64,000 nt of DNA from an uncultured Porphyromonadaceae bacterium (GTDB lineage: Bacteria > Bacteroidota > Bacteroidia > Bacteroidales > UBA12481), in NCBI GenBank assembly GCA_964512915.1, contig CAZEKJ010000007.1, positions 15,572 through 79,571 on the forward strand, given 5' to 3'. Positions 29,616 to 38,109 of the stretch are shown here, one piece after another. How positions within the stretch are numbered: position 1 is the stretch's first letter; every line of letters begins with the position of its first letter. Below the pieces are notes generated by a model. The model was not told the DNA's origin and did no database searches. It saw only the letters and a list, made by a program, of their open reading frames with translations. The position numbers and the translations under genes are program-made.

Positions 29616-29620
29616 AAAGG

Positions 29621-31234
29621 TCAAAGGTTTGAAGTAAAGAACTTCATTAGCGAAGGCAAATCGATTTCATGGGCGCCGGGGTGGGCGATGAGTTCCACTT
29701 TTTCAGGGTGTTTCAGATCGGAATATATTATCCTGATCTCTTTCATGGCTTCGCTGGCAAGTTCGACGGTGAAATCGGCCTTGGGTTCCTTTAAGCCGTT
29801 CTGGCATTGGAGGGCTCTCGGGGCAATCAGGGAATAGATATCCGCAAAGTCAACAAGTTCGCGCAAACCGGGAAATTTCCAGCACATGCAGTGGCCCTTC
29901 TCCATCTGGTCCATGCGCGTGAGGAAGCCGGAGCTCACGGTTGCTTTGATACGGGTATCCATGGCGCCGAGCCACATCGACATCTCCCCGCCCAGCGACA
30001 GGCCGCCGCAGCCGATCCGATTCGGGTCAACCTGGGGCAAGGATTCCAGGTAGTCCACGCAGCGCATGAGGTCCCAGAGCCGCTCGCCCATCAGGGTGCG
30101 GTCCTTTTCATAGATCTCGTGCTGGCTGACCACCGTGGCGATGGTCACGAATTTCTTTTTCGCCAGTTCGGTTGCGAATCCTTTATAAATATTCGGCTCG
30201 TACACGCTGTAGGGTTTCCCGCCATGTCCGTGGATACAGACCACGGCCGGGTATTCTTTCCCCTTACCCTTCGGGGTAGTCAGAATAACCTTCATCCGCC
30301 TGCCGGCAGTTGAATTGATCTCCATCTCGCGGAGGGTGTATTCCCCTTTATCTTCCACCCGGATCTCTTTCGGATTCAGGGCGATTTTTCCCTTTTGCAG
30401 TAACAGATCGTCCATTTTCATCATCCTGGCGAAGTCGTTCCGCAGCTCCTCCTGCCATGCGATTGCCAATTCGGGTGAACGGCTGGTATACTGCCGGGTT
30501 CTGATATCGATCCCGGGTAAAAGGGGCATTTCAATCAAGCCCGATAGTTGGTTATAGATGGCCCCGATAACCTTGACATGGCCATGTCCGGCAGCTTCAC
30601 TAATCAGGGAGCTCCGGGTCACTGCACTGACATTCAGCGCTACGTTTTCAAGGATGGCCTGATCGAGCAGCTCTTCATGATCCGGGTTGACTTTCCGGGC
30701 TGACCCGACTGCCGGGTTGATCCTCCTGATGATTGAAGGGATACTGCCGGGAGCCTCCCCGCCTTCAACAGCAGCCGTGACGGCTCCGCAATGATCATGT
30801 CCAAGGACCACAACGAGCGGGGCATGCAGATGCTCCACCCCATATTCAATGCTTCCCATTGCTACGGAATCTACCACGTTGCCAGCTACCCGGACGACAA
30901 ACAGGTCGCCCAAACCCTGGTCAAAGATCAGTTCCGGCGGCACCCTGGAATCCGAGCAGGAAACGATAACCGCAAAAGGGTGCTGCCCGTGGTTCAGCAG
31001 TTCTGCCCTTTTTATTTTACCCAGATGATCAGCCAGCATGGCTTCTTTTGCAAATCGTTTATTCCCCTCAACGAGGAGTTTCAGGGCTTCGTCCGGGGAG
31101 GATATCACGGATGCACGGTTGTATTGTCCGCTGCTGCCAGAGACCTGAGCCTGAATGCCTGAGGCTGAGATGAAAATCAGAATGATGGCTGCCAGCAAGC
31201 AGAAAGTTGCCGGGCTGAATTTTATTCGTGTCAT
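29621..31234 (-). CDS. Secreted fusion: beta-class carbonic anhydrase domain plus alpha/beta-hydrolase (esterase-like) domain
   Basis: Signal peptide. Beta-CA motifs CSDSRVPPE and GHDHCGAV. C-terminal half has HGHGG and the nucleophile elbow GGLSLGG. No stop between the halves. Confidence 0.75.
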   Translation of the reverse strand: MTRIKFSPATFCLLAAIILIFISASGIQAQVSGSSGQYNRASVISSPDEALKLLVEGNKRFAKEAMLADHLGKIKRAELLNHGQHPFAVIVSCSDSRVPPELIFDQGLGDLFVVRVAGNVVDSVAMGSIEYGVEHLHAPLVVVLGHDHCGAVTAAVEGGEAPGSIPSIIRRINPAVGSARKVNPDHEELLDQAILENVALNVSAVTRSSLISEAAGHGHVKVIGAIYNQLSGLIEMPLLPGIDIRTRQYTSRSPELAIAWQEELRNDFARMMKMDDLLLQKGKIALNPKEIRVEDKGEYTLREMEINSTAGRRMKVILTTPKGKGKEYPAVVCIHGHGGKPYSVYEPNIYKGFATELAKKKFVTIATVVSQHEIYEKDRTLMGERLWDLMRCVDYLESLPQVDPNRIGCGGLSLGGEMSMWLGAMDTRIKATVSSGFLTRMDQMEKGHCMCWKFPGLRELVDFADIYSLIAPRALQCQNGLKEPKADFTVELASEAMKEIRIIYSDLKHPEKVELIAHPGAHEIDLPSLMKFFTSNL

Positions 31235-31271
31235 AGTTTATCAGTTGATTGAGTAATCCAAGATACAGGTT

Positions 31272-31790
31272 CTATTTCAAAATCAGGACATACTTCTGTT
31301 CAGTCAGTTCCATGCCCCACACCGTATGGGTCTGCTCCTCCTCAATAACAAATCCGTGCCGCTCATACATTCTCCGCGCCTCTTCAAGGAGGCTCACCGT
31401 CCAGAGGATGATCCGGCTGTACCCCTGTTCACGGGCGAATTCGATTAGCCCTGTCATCAACCTTCCGCCCAGCCCGCGGCCTCTTACCGACTCATCCACA
31501 TAATACCAGCGAAGTTGCCCGATTTCAGCCGAAACTTCGGCCAGTGCGACACATCCTTGAACTGAGCCTTCCTCACCGATAAGCCAGATTCTCTCCCTCG
31601 GGGATGCCCGGTCAACCAGTTCGGTCAGCGGTTTTCTGACATATTCCCCGAACTCATGGTTAAACCCGTAGTTCCTGTTGTAATAGTCAGCGTGGTACTG
31701 AACGATAGCGTCAATATCGGCGGCACTGATAATCGATCTGAGATTAGGAGTACTCTGCATACGATTATTCATGATATCTTTAAAATCCAA
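31272..31790 (-). CDS. GNAT family N-acetyltransferase
   Basis: 172 aa. The acetyl-CoA motif region VDESVRGRGLGGRLM is typical of GNAT. Confidence 0.75.
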   Translation of the reverse strand: MDFKDIMNNRMQSTPNLRSIISAADIDAIVQYHADYYNRNYGFNHEFGEYVRKPLTELVDRASPRERIWLIGEEGSVQGCVALAEVSAEIGQLRWYYVDESVRGRGLGGRLMTGLIEFAREQGYSRIILWTVSLLEEARRMYERHGFVIEEEQTHTVWGMELTEQKYVLILK

Positions 31791-31804
31791 TCAAACTTAA
31801 CCAA

Positions 31805-33160
31805 ATGAAAAGAATTATCCTTGTTCTGGTCTCCCTGGTTGCTGGCCTGCACGGATTTAGCCAGGGTCTTCAGTTTGAGAAAGCTGAATATGTTGCACGC
31901 CGCGAAAAACTGATGAAAGAGTGCCCGGATGGAATTATCCTCGTAATGGGAGCCTCGGCCCGTCCGGATTACTATCCGTTTATCCAGAACAACAACTTCC
32001 TCTATCTGTGCGGGATAGAGCTCGCTGATGCCTTTATTGCGATTGACCCGGTAAAAAAAGAGACGGTCCTCTTTGCCACCGTCAACAACTGGTACCTGAG
32101 AGAAACCGGCATCCCGGAAGATCTGATCACCAACCCCCTCGCCTACGCCGGCATCACCAAAATCCTGCCCACCAAAGACCTCCATACCTACCTCACTTCC
32201 TCAACCCCTTCAACCAATTCAACCAATTCAACCAATTCAACCAAAATCTACACCTGCTTCCTCCCCGAGGAGCTCCCCCGCGAGTGCTCCGGCGAAAAGG
32301 CCGGTTCCCTGAATAACACGCTGACCCGGAATCCCTGGGACGGCCGCCTGACAAAGGAGATGCAATTTGTTGAGCAGCTGAAGAAGCAGATTCCCGGAGC
32401 AGAAGTAAAAGATTGCTCGAAACAGATCCACAGCCTCCGGACCATCAAGTCACCTGCCGAGATCGCACTCATGCGCGAAGCGGGAAAAATCGGGGTTGAG
32501 GCTCATAAGGCGGTGATGAAAGCAACAAAACCCGGGGTTAATGAGTATGAGCTGGCCGCTCTGTTTGAATACACCTGCAAGCGGCTTGGGGCTGAGGAGC
32601 TGGCATACTACACGATCATCTGCACAGCAGAAAACCACACCGACCTGCATCACCATGGCTATCGGCGGACTCTGGAGGACGGTGATTTCCTGGTGGTCGA
32701 CGGCGGACCTGACCTGCATAATTATGATATCGACATCACCACATCATTTCCGGCCAACGGGAAGTTCACGCCGCGGCAGAAAGAAATTTACGAAGCCTGC
32801 AATGCCGTCCATGAGGCCTGTATGAAAGTATACCGTCCGGGGATTACCACCCAGCAGTGCAATAAGGAGGTGGCTGAAGTTCTTGAAAAGCTGGGATTTG
32901 ATACCAAATCAGAACTGATCCGCAATTTTGGCGCCGGATTCGGGCATTACGTGGGCATGGCCGTGCATGATGTCGGCGGGAGTCCAAAAGTTTTGGAACC
33001 CGGAATGATTTTTGCCAACGAACCGCTGGCCGTTTTTGCCAAGGAAAACCTTGGAGTACGCATTGAAGACACCATCCTGATAACAGAAAATGGGTGTGAG
33101 AATCTGACGAAGGGGATACCGAGGACGGTGGAGGAGATTGAGAGGTTTATGAAAAAGTAG
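31805..33160 (+). CDS. Xaa-Pro aminopeptidase (M24B family), secreted
   Basis: Signal peptide, creatinase-like N domain, and pita-bread domain with DGGPDLHNYDIDITTSF, HYVGMAVHDVG and VRIEDTILIT metal-ligand contexts. Confidence 0.8.
   Translation: MKRIILVLVSLVAGLHGFSQGLQFEKAEYVARREKLMKECPDGIILVMGASARPDYYPFIQNNNFLYLCGIELADAFIAIDPVKKETVLFATVNNWYLRETGIPEDLITNPLAYAGITKILPTKDLHTYLTSSTPSTNSTNSTNSTKIYTCFLPEELPRECSGEKAGSLNNTLTRNPWDGRLTKEMQFVEQLKKQIPGAEVKDCSKQIHSLRTIKSPAEIALMREAGKIGVEAHKAVMKATKPGVNEYELAALFEYTCKRLGAEELAYYTIICTAENHTDLHHHGYRRTLEDGDFLVVDGGPDLHNYDIDITTSFPANGKFTPRQKEIYEACNAVHEACMKVYRPGITTQQCNKEVAEVLEKLGFDTKSELIRNFGAGFGHYVGMAVHDVGGSPKVLEPGMIFANEPLAVFAKENLGVRIEDTILITENGCENLTKGIPRTVEEIERFMKK
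32201..32245 (+). repeat. In-frame 9-nt tandem repeat (TCAACCAAT)x5 inside the M24 peptidase gene
   Basis: Encodes STPSTNSTNSTNSTK between the N-terminal and catalytic domains. Confidence 0.9.
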
Positions 33161-33297
33161 GGCAGAAGGCAGAAGGCAGAAGGCAGAAATTAGTAAGAAG
33201 AAAGAGGTTAGAAGAAAAAAGGATCTTCGGCCCTAACTTCTTTCTTATTTCTTCTTACTTTTTACTAATTTCTGCCTTCTGCCCTCTGCCCTCTGCC
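33161..33297. repeat. GGCAGAA-armed palindromic element, subfamily B
   Basis: Exactly fills the gap between the convergent stops TAG (33158-33160) and TTA (33298-33300). Arms of 4 heptamers plus ATTAGTAAGAAG-type extensions. Confidence 0.9.
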
Positions 33298-35265
33298 TTA
33301 TTGAAGTTCCCTCCAGTCCTCGGTATTGCGCAGAACTTCCATCCTCAGCGCCGACATCCAGCTCACCAGCCAGTCGTGAAAGTAGCCAGGCTGACCGCTC
33401 CAGCGGGTCTGGAAGTAGGCTTCGGTTTGGGAGCCAGCCGGGCGGATCACTCCATGGTAAGGGGTTTTTCCGTCGGCAATGCACAGGTTACCATTATCCC
33501 AGGTGGCGAGAGCTTTTTCGCGCCAAATCAGGTTTCCGGTATATTTTGCGAGTTTCAGCCACTCCGGAACCAGCCACATGCCGAATGCATCAATATGATG
33601 ATGCTGGGTGGAAACGGCTGTTCCGCCGAAGGTATCGTACCCGTACTTCTTAAAATCGGAACTGTCGGATACCGGAACGGAATAGTGCCACATCCAGGAG
33701 GAGAGGTACCAGGAGGTTTTTTCGGCTTTATCCAGATAGGCGGAGTCGCCCGTGGCTTCAAAAAGCATCAGGGCTGCGCGCAGAATCGGCAATGACGACT
33801 CCTTGTCGATGCACCAGGTATCGAGCGCCCCGGCCGAAGTAAACCCATTCCGTGCAAACTCATCGAAATAAAAATCATAGGCCCTCTTTGCGGAAGCCAG
33901 GTAGGCATTGTTACCGGTAGCAGTGTAAGCTCTCATCATTCCGGGAATGATGAATGCACCCACGCTGCCTTCTCGGTAGAGGCAGGTTCCATCGGGTTTC
34001 CAGCCCTTGCCGTACTGTCCGGAGGCCTGCTGGTCCGAGAGCATGAAATCACAGATTCCCAGGGCGATGTCCTTATAATTGCTGCGGTCGATGCCGCATT
34101 TTTTGGTGGTTTCGTATGCCACCAGGAAATCGGCAGCAGCCTGACCGAGGTTACAGGCATCCACCACCTCCTCACTCTTTTCAATTCCGATAATATAGTC
34201 GAAATGCGTTCGGATCAGTCCGTTTGGCTGGGGCGCATATTTCGCCCAGGTATCCAGGCAAAGCAATCCCTTGTCGAGGGATTCCTGGTCTTTATTCCGG
34301 AGATAATCTTCAAGCAGCGAAATTGAAATACTGGCATTCTGCCCCGCCCATCCGATCTCGTATTTCCAGCCGGGCCGCTGAATCCAGCCTCCGTCGCGGA
34401 GCCAGAGTCCGATGCTGAATCCCCTGAATACTCCTTCCTCGGCCCACAGGCTCTCTTTAACAAAGCGTGTTGCCAGATTCCAGGCCTCCTGGGGTTCCGG
34501 CCGGGTAAGATCCGGATGCGGAATAATCTCCCAGGCTTTGCCCAGGAAGGTTTTAACTGCGGCATGATCGGGCAGGACCGGTGTTACCACAAGAACCGCG
34601 CTCATCACCAGGGTCTCCCCCTCTTTCAGTGTTAGATTGTCCCGGAATCCCGGAGCATACTGGTCGCGGTTGCTGTATCTCAGCGGCATCTCCTCCTCCG
34701 GCCAGATCAGCCGGTGGGTGGTTTTCGCCGATTCCGGCATCAGGGAGCAGGAGAAGGGTGTGCCTTTAGCGTCTAGGTCTCCCCACAAGGCCACCGCCCA
34801 TTTGCGGCCCTCCGAATAGGTGGCTCCCGGAACGGCCGATCGGGAAAAGGAGAAGCTCCACCAGGCTCCGTCCTTCTGAAATCCCTTGGGCTCAAGGCCC
34901 CTGCCCCATTCGTTGCCATTATAGCTGACCGACGGGATCATGAGCCACTCAGCCTTTCCCGGAACGGTAAAATCCAGGGTAAGCCTCAGGCTGTCAAGGC
35001 TATGCCCCGAAACATTCTTTATGGTTCGGGTGATCCTGTAAACGCCTTCACTTATCGGAATAATTTTTTCTGATGATTTAAGACCGTCGATGGCTAACGG
35101 AGTAATTGCACCAACGGTATCCCTCCCTTCGGTCAGCCATTGAACCTTGCCCGATTTTTGCCAGGAAAAGCCAGCCGTATTCGTTTTGCAGTTCTGAATC
35201 AGCAGCAATCCAAAAAGGGCGGCCCCGGTGAGGAGCACAACAGAAAACAAGGGTATCTTTTTCAT
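33298..35265 (-). CDS. Hypothetical lipoprotein-like protein, possibly (alpha/alpha)6 toroid enzyme
   Basis: 655-aa ORF with an N-terminal signal. The C-terminal half has repeated helical-hairpin-like motifs. No family recognised with confidence. Confidence 0.5.
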   Translation of the reverse strand: MKKIPLFSVVLLTGAALFGLLLIQNCKTNTAGFSWQKSGKVQWLTEGRDTVGAITPLAIDGLKSSEKIIPISEGVYRITRTIKNVSGHSLDSLRLTLDFTVPGKAEWLMIPSVSYNGNEWGRGLEPKGFQKDGAWWSFSFSRSAVPGATYSEGRKWAVALWGDLDAKGTPFSCSLMPESAKTTHRLIWPEEEMPLRYSNRDQYAPGFRDNLTLKEGETLVMSAVLVVTPVLPDHAAVKTFLGKAWEIIPHPDLTRPEPQEAWNLATRFVKESLWAEEGVFRGFSIGLWLRDGGWIQRPGWKYEIGWAGQNASISISLLEDYLRNKDQESLDKGLLCLDTWAKYAPQPNGLIRTHFDYIIGIEKSEEVVDACNLGQAAADFLVAYETTKKCGIDRSNYKDIALGICDFMLSDQQASGQYGKGWKPDGTCLYREGSVGAFIIPGMMRAYTATGNNAYLASAKRAYDFYFDEFARNGFTSAGALDTWCIDKESSLPILRAALMLFEATGDSAYLDKAEKTSWYLSSWMWHYSVPVSDSSDFKKYGYDTFGGTAVSTQHHHIDAFGMWLVPEWLKLAKYTGNLIWREKALATWDNGNLCIADGKTPYHGVIRPAGSQTEAYFQTRWSGQPGYFHDWLVSWMSALRMEVLRNTEDWRELQ

Positions 35266-35672
35266 TTTTGGTCAGTTTGTGTCGGAAGGCCGGCTGCACG
35301 CCAGCCAAACATCCCGCCGGTCATATTGTAAACTCTTGTAAATCCATGCTTTCGCATTTTTTTCATGGCTCCTCCGCTCCTGACCCCGCTCGTGCAATAC
35401 ACCAGATAAATCGGTTTCTTGTTGAGGAGCGATACGGATTCTTCAAAAAGGCTTCCCCAAAAATCGATATTGATGGCTCCCTTGATATGGCCCGCCTCAA
35501 ATTCGCCCGGGGTACGTACATCCAGAATGACGAGGTCGGTTTTCCCTTCGTGATTCCGGATCAGTGTATCGGCCTGGGCAACGCGGATGTTTTTGTGGTA
35601 ATTTTCCCCGGAGGCAGAGTGAAAACTCAGCGAAGCGAAGAATGCGACCAAGAGTAGAGACCTGGGGGACAT
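35262..35672 (-). CDS. Rhodanese-domain sulfurtransferase, secreted
   Basis: DVRTPGEFEAGHIKGAINI and the active-site loop YCTSGVRSG. Its stop overlaps the start of the downstream gene (ATGA). Confidence 0.8.
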   Translation of the reverse strand: MSPRSLLLVAFFASLSFHSASGENYHKNIRVAQADTLIRNHEGKTDLVILDVRTPGEFEAGHIKGAINIDFWGSLFEESVSLLNKKPIYLVYCTSGVRSGGAMKKMRKHGFTRVYNMTGGMFGWRAAGLPTQTDQK

Positions 35673-35866
35673 GTTGCTGGTTGCTGGTTACGGGTATCGG
35701 GTATCGGGTATCGGGAGTCGGTTAAGGGGCTCTCCGTGGAATAGGATTTCCGCTTTCGCAGAAGTGATACCATCGGAGAGCCCTGTTCCCAACAACTGAT
35801 ACCCGATACCCGATACCAAATCGTAAATTGTCAATCGTAATTCCTCCGTCGTCCGTCGTCGGTCGG
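35673..35866. repeat. Composite spacer: heptamer array, GGTATCG-armed palindrome with a 10-bp inner stem and a GAAA-type hairpin, then TCGTAA and CCGTCGT repeats
   Basis: Arms at 35692-35715 and 35796-35817. Inner stem GGGCTCTCCG/CGGAGAGCCC at 35727-35736 and 35774-35783. Hairpin unit at 35745-35768. Confidence 0.85.
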
Positions 35867-37039
35867 TTACGCCGCTTTCCGCGCGTAGAGTCCGGCCATC
35901 AGGATATATAACATACAGCCGATGACCACAAAGATGCTGGCGGAGCCGCCCATATTCTGGCTGACGAGGCCCATCAGCGGCGGAATGATCGCACCGCCGG
36001 AAACGGCCATGATCATCAGGCCCGATATTTCGTTGACCCTTTCCGGGAGTTTATTTACCGTGATGGAGAAGATCAGCGGGAAGAGGTTACCGGAACCCAG
36101 ACCTACCACGAATATGCAGATTTTGCCGACCAGGTCGGTAGGCGCCAGGATCATGCCAACCGCACCCATGATGGTGAGAAGAGTGGTCAGGATCAGGAAG
36201 GGTTTCGGCTTGAAGAAGTTCAGAAGGACCGCTCCGAGGAAGCGGCTGATCATGAGCGCAGCAAAATAGATGCTGATACCCCGGGAAGCTTCTTCAAGGC
36301 TGATGTCAAAGTTCTTCTGCAGATAATTGGCGATATTGGAGTTCATTCCCACATCGGAGCCTACCACGAGGAAGATGCCGAGAACCATAAGGAGAACCAG
36401 CGGGTTGCCCAGCAGCTTGAAGCAGGAGCTGAAGGTTGCGGGTTTCTTATCGGTTTTGGTTTCATCAATTTTGGTGACATACAGCCATAAAACGGCCAGG
36501 AAGGAGGTTATGGCATACACGGCGAAAACCAGTTTCCAGTCGCCCATTGAGCTGGCCATGAGGGTGGCAAGGATCGGTCCGATCAGGGAAATGATCGCCT
36601 TTACAAATTGGGTAAGGCTCATGAAACTGCTGAATTTCGACACCGGGGTCACGTCATGAAGAAGCGGATTGGCCGAAACCTGAACGATGGTGTTACCGAT
36701 ACCCAGGAGGATAAAAGCCACCAGCATCAGGGGAAAAGAATAGAGTGACTCCGACAGGTAGGTGACCATCGGCAAGGCCATGCCAAGGCCGGTGACACCC
36801 ATACCAATGTTGAGAATCTTCTTTTTGCCATAGCGGTCGAGAAGGAGGCCCGTTGGAACGGAAAGAAGGAAAAACCAGACGAATGCCATGGACGGAATCA
36901 GCTGGGCGACCGAATCGGTCAGGTTGAAATCCTTCTGGGCATACCCTGCGGAGACTCCCACGATATCTACGAATCCCATCACGATGAACGACATGAACAC
37001 CGGAAGGATCTGTTTCATATTGACTTTTACTGCTGACAT
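35867..37039 (-). CDS. MFS sugar transporter (FucP/GluP-like)
   Basis: 390 aa and polytopic. Lies immediately upstream of a ROK kinase gene. Confidence 0.65.
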   Translation of the reverse strand: MSAVKVNMKQILPVFMSFIVMGFVDIVGVSAGYAQKDFNLTDSVAQLIPSMAFVWFFLLSVPTGLLLDRYGKKKILNIGMGVTGLGMALPMVTYLSESLYSFPLMLVAFILLGIGNTIVQVSANPLLHDVTPVSKFSSFMSLTQFVKAIISLIGPILATLMASSMGDWKLVFAVYAITSFLAVLWLYVTKIDETKTDKKPATFSSCFKLLGNPLVLLMVLGIFLVVGSDVGMNSNIANYLQKNFDISLEEASRGISIYFAALMISRFLGAVLLNFFKPKPFLILTTLLTIMGAVGMILAPTDLVGKICIFVVGLGSGNLFPLIFSITVNKLPERVNEISGLMIMAVSGGAIIPPLMGLVSQNMGGSASIFVVIGCMLYILMAGLYARKAA

Positions 37040-37060
37040 ATTGTTTGTTGGTTTATCGGA

Positions 37061-37999
37061 TTAATTCATTTTTTCAACTAAGGAATAAATCTTGGTCCAA
37101 TAGGCCGGGTCGAGCAGCCGTGCGCTGCCGATGATGGCGGCGTCTTCCTTGAGTTCCGACCAGGCGATCCGGGTTTTGCAGTCCATCGAATCGAGCGATT
37201 TCTGGAAGGCAGGCATAAAGAGGTCTGCGGCGCCGGCCATGTTCCCCCCGATCACAAGCACCTCGGCCTCGAATTTATTGAGCCATTCTCCAAGAAACGC
37301 GCCGGCGTTGGTTCCGTACTCCACGAATAGTGCCGCAACCTTTGGATCTTTGCGCGCGATATCTGCAATCTCGCGCACCCCGGGCAATGTTTCTCCGGTA
37401 AGTGCAGCGTAATTTTTTACAAACCAGCGTGTTGAAAAATAGTCATCGGCGATACCTTCTTTAAAAGGCAGGTGCCAAACACAACCCATCTGGGGTGTAT
37501 CCTCCCTTTCCACCACGGGCAGTCCGCTATCAATAAAGGCCGATCCGAATCCGGTGCCCAGCGTTATGGCGACCGATTTCCGGGTTCCTTCGGCCGATCC
37601 GAGCCAGGCCTCGCCAACAGCAAAAGCCGAGGCATCGTTCATATACCGGAACGACAGTTTTGGCGACAGCTTGAGTTTTTTCCGGATACCCTCTGTGACA
37701 TTCACCCCATACAGGCCCAGGTATTTCTCCACGCGCTCAAACAAGGCAATTCCCTTCAAATAATCGAACGGCCCGGGCATGGCGAACCCGATCCCTGCCA
37801 TCTCCCCGACTTCAATCCCGAGGATCGCCTCACCAATCGCTTCGGCCCAGACGCCGAGGATCACATCGGCCGAAGCCGTATTGTCAACAGGCAGGGTTAC
37901 ACGGGATTCGGGAAGGATCATCTGATGTTCAAGATCAATCAGGGCGCAAGAGATATGGCTACCGCCAATATCGGTCCCGACAGCATATTTATGACTCAT
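37061..37999 (-). CDS. ROK family sugar kinase
   Basis: The ATG at 37999 gives MSHKYAVGTDIGGSHISCALIDL (ATP-binding DxGG motif), with a later ROK-type glycine-rich region. The upstream extension of the ORF has no support. Confidence 0.8.
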   Translation of the reverse strand: MSHKYAVGTDIGGSHISCALIDLEHQMILPESRVTLPVDNTASADVILGVWAEAIGEAILGIEVGEMAGIGFAMPGPFDYLKGIALFERVEKYLGLYGVNVTEGIRKKLKLSPKLSFRYMNDASAFAVGEAWLGSAEGTRKSVAITLGTGFGSAFIDSGLPVVEREDTPQMGCVWHLPFKEGIADDYFSTRWFVKNYAALTGETLPGVREIADIARKDPKVAALFVEYGTNAGAFLGEWLNKFEAEVLVIGGNMAGAADLFMPAFQKSLDSMDCKTRIAWSELKEDAAIIGSARLLDPAYWTKIYSLVEKMN

Positions 38000-38109
38000 G
38001 TTGGTTATTGGGTTTTGTTTAATTCCGGTAAAAATAGTTATTTGCTTTATAACATCGGAATCCCTATTATGGACCCTGATATTTGTTCTGGCATTCAAAG
38101 ATTTCCCAC

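Noticed and set aside
28298-29617. 439-aa ORF on the plus strand
   Set aside because: It is antisense to the GH109-like gene and runs into the heptamer array. No motifs. Shadow ORF.
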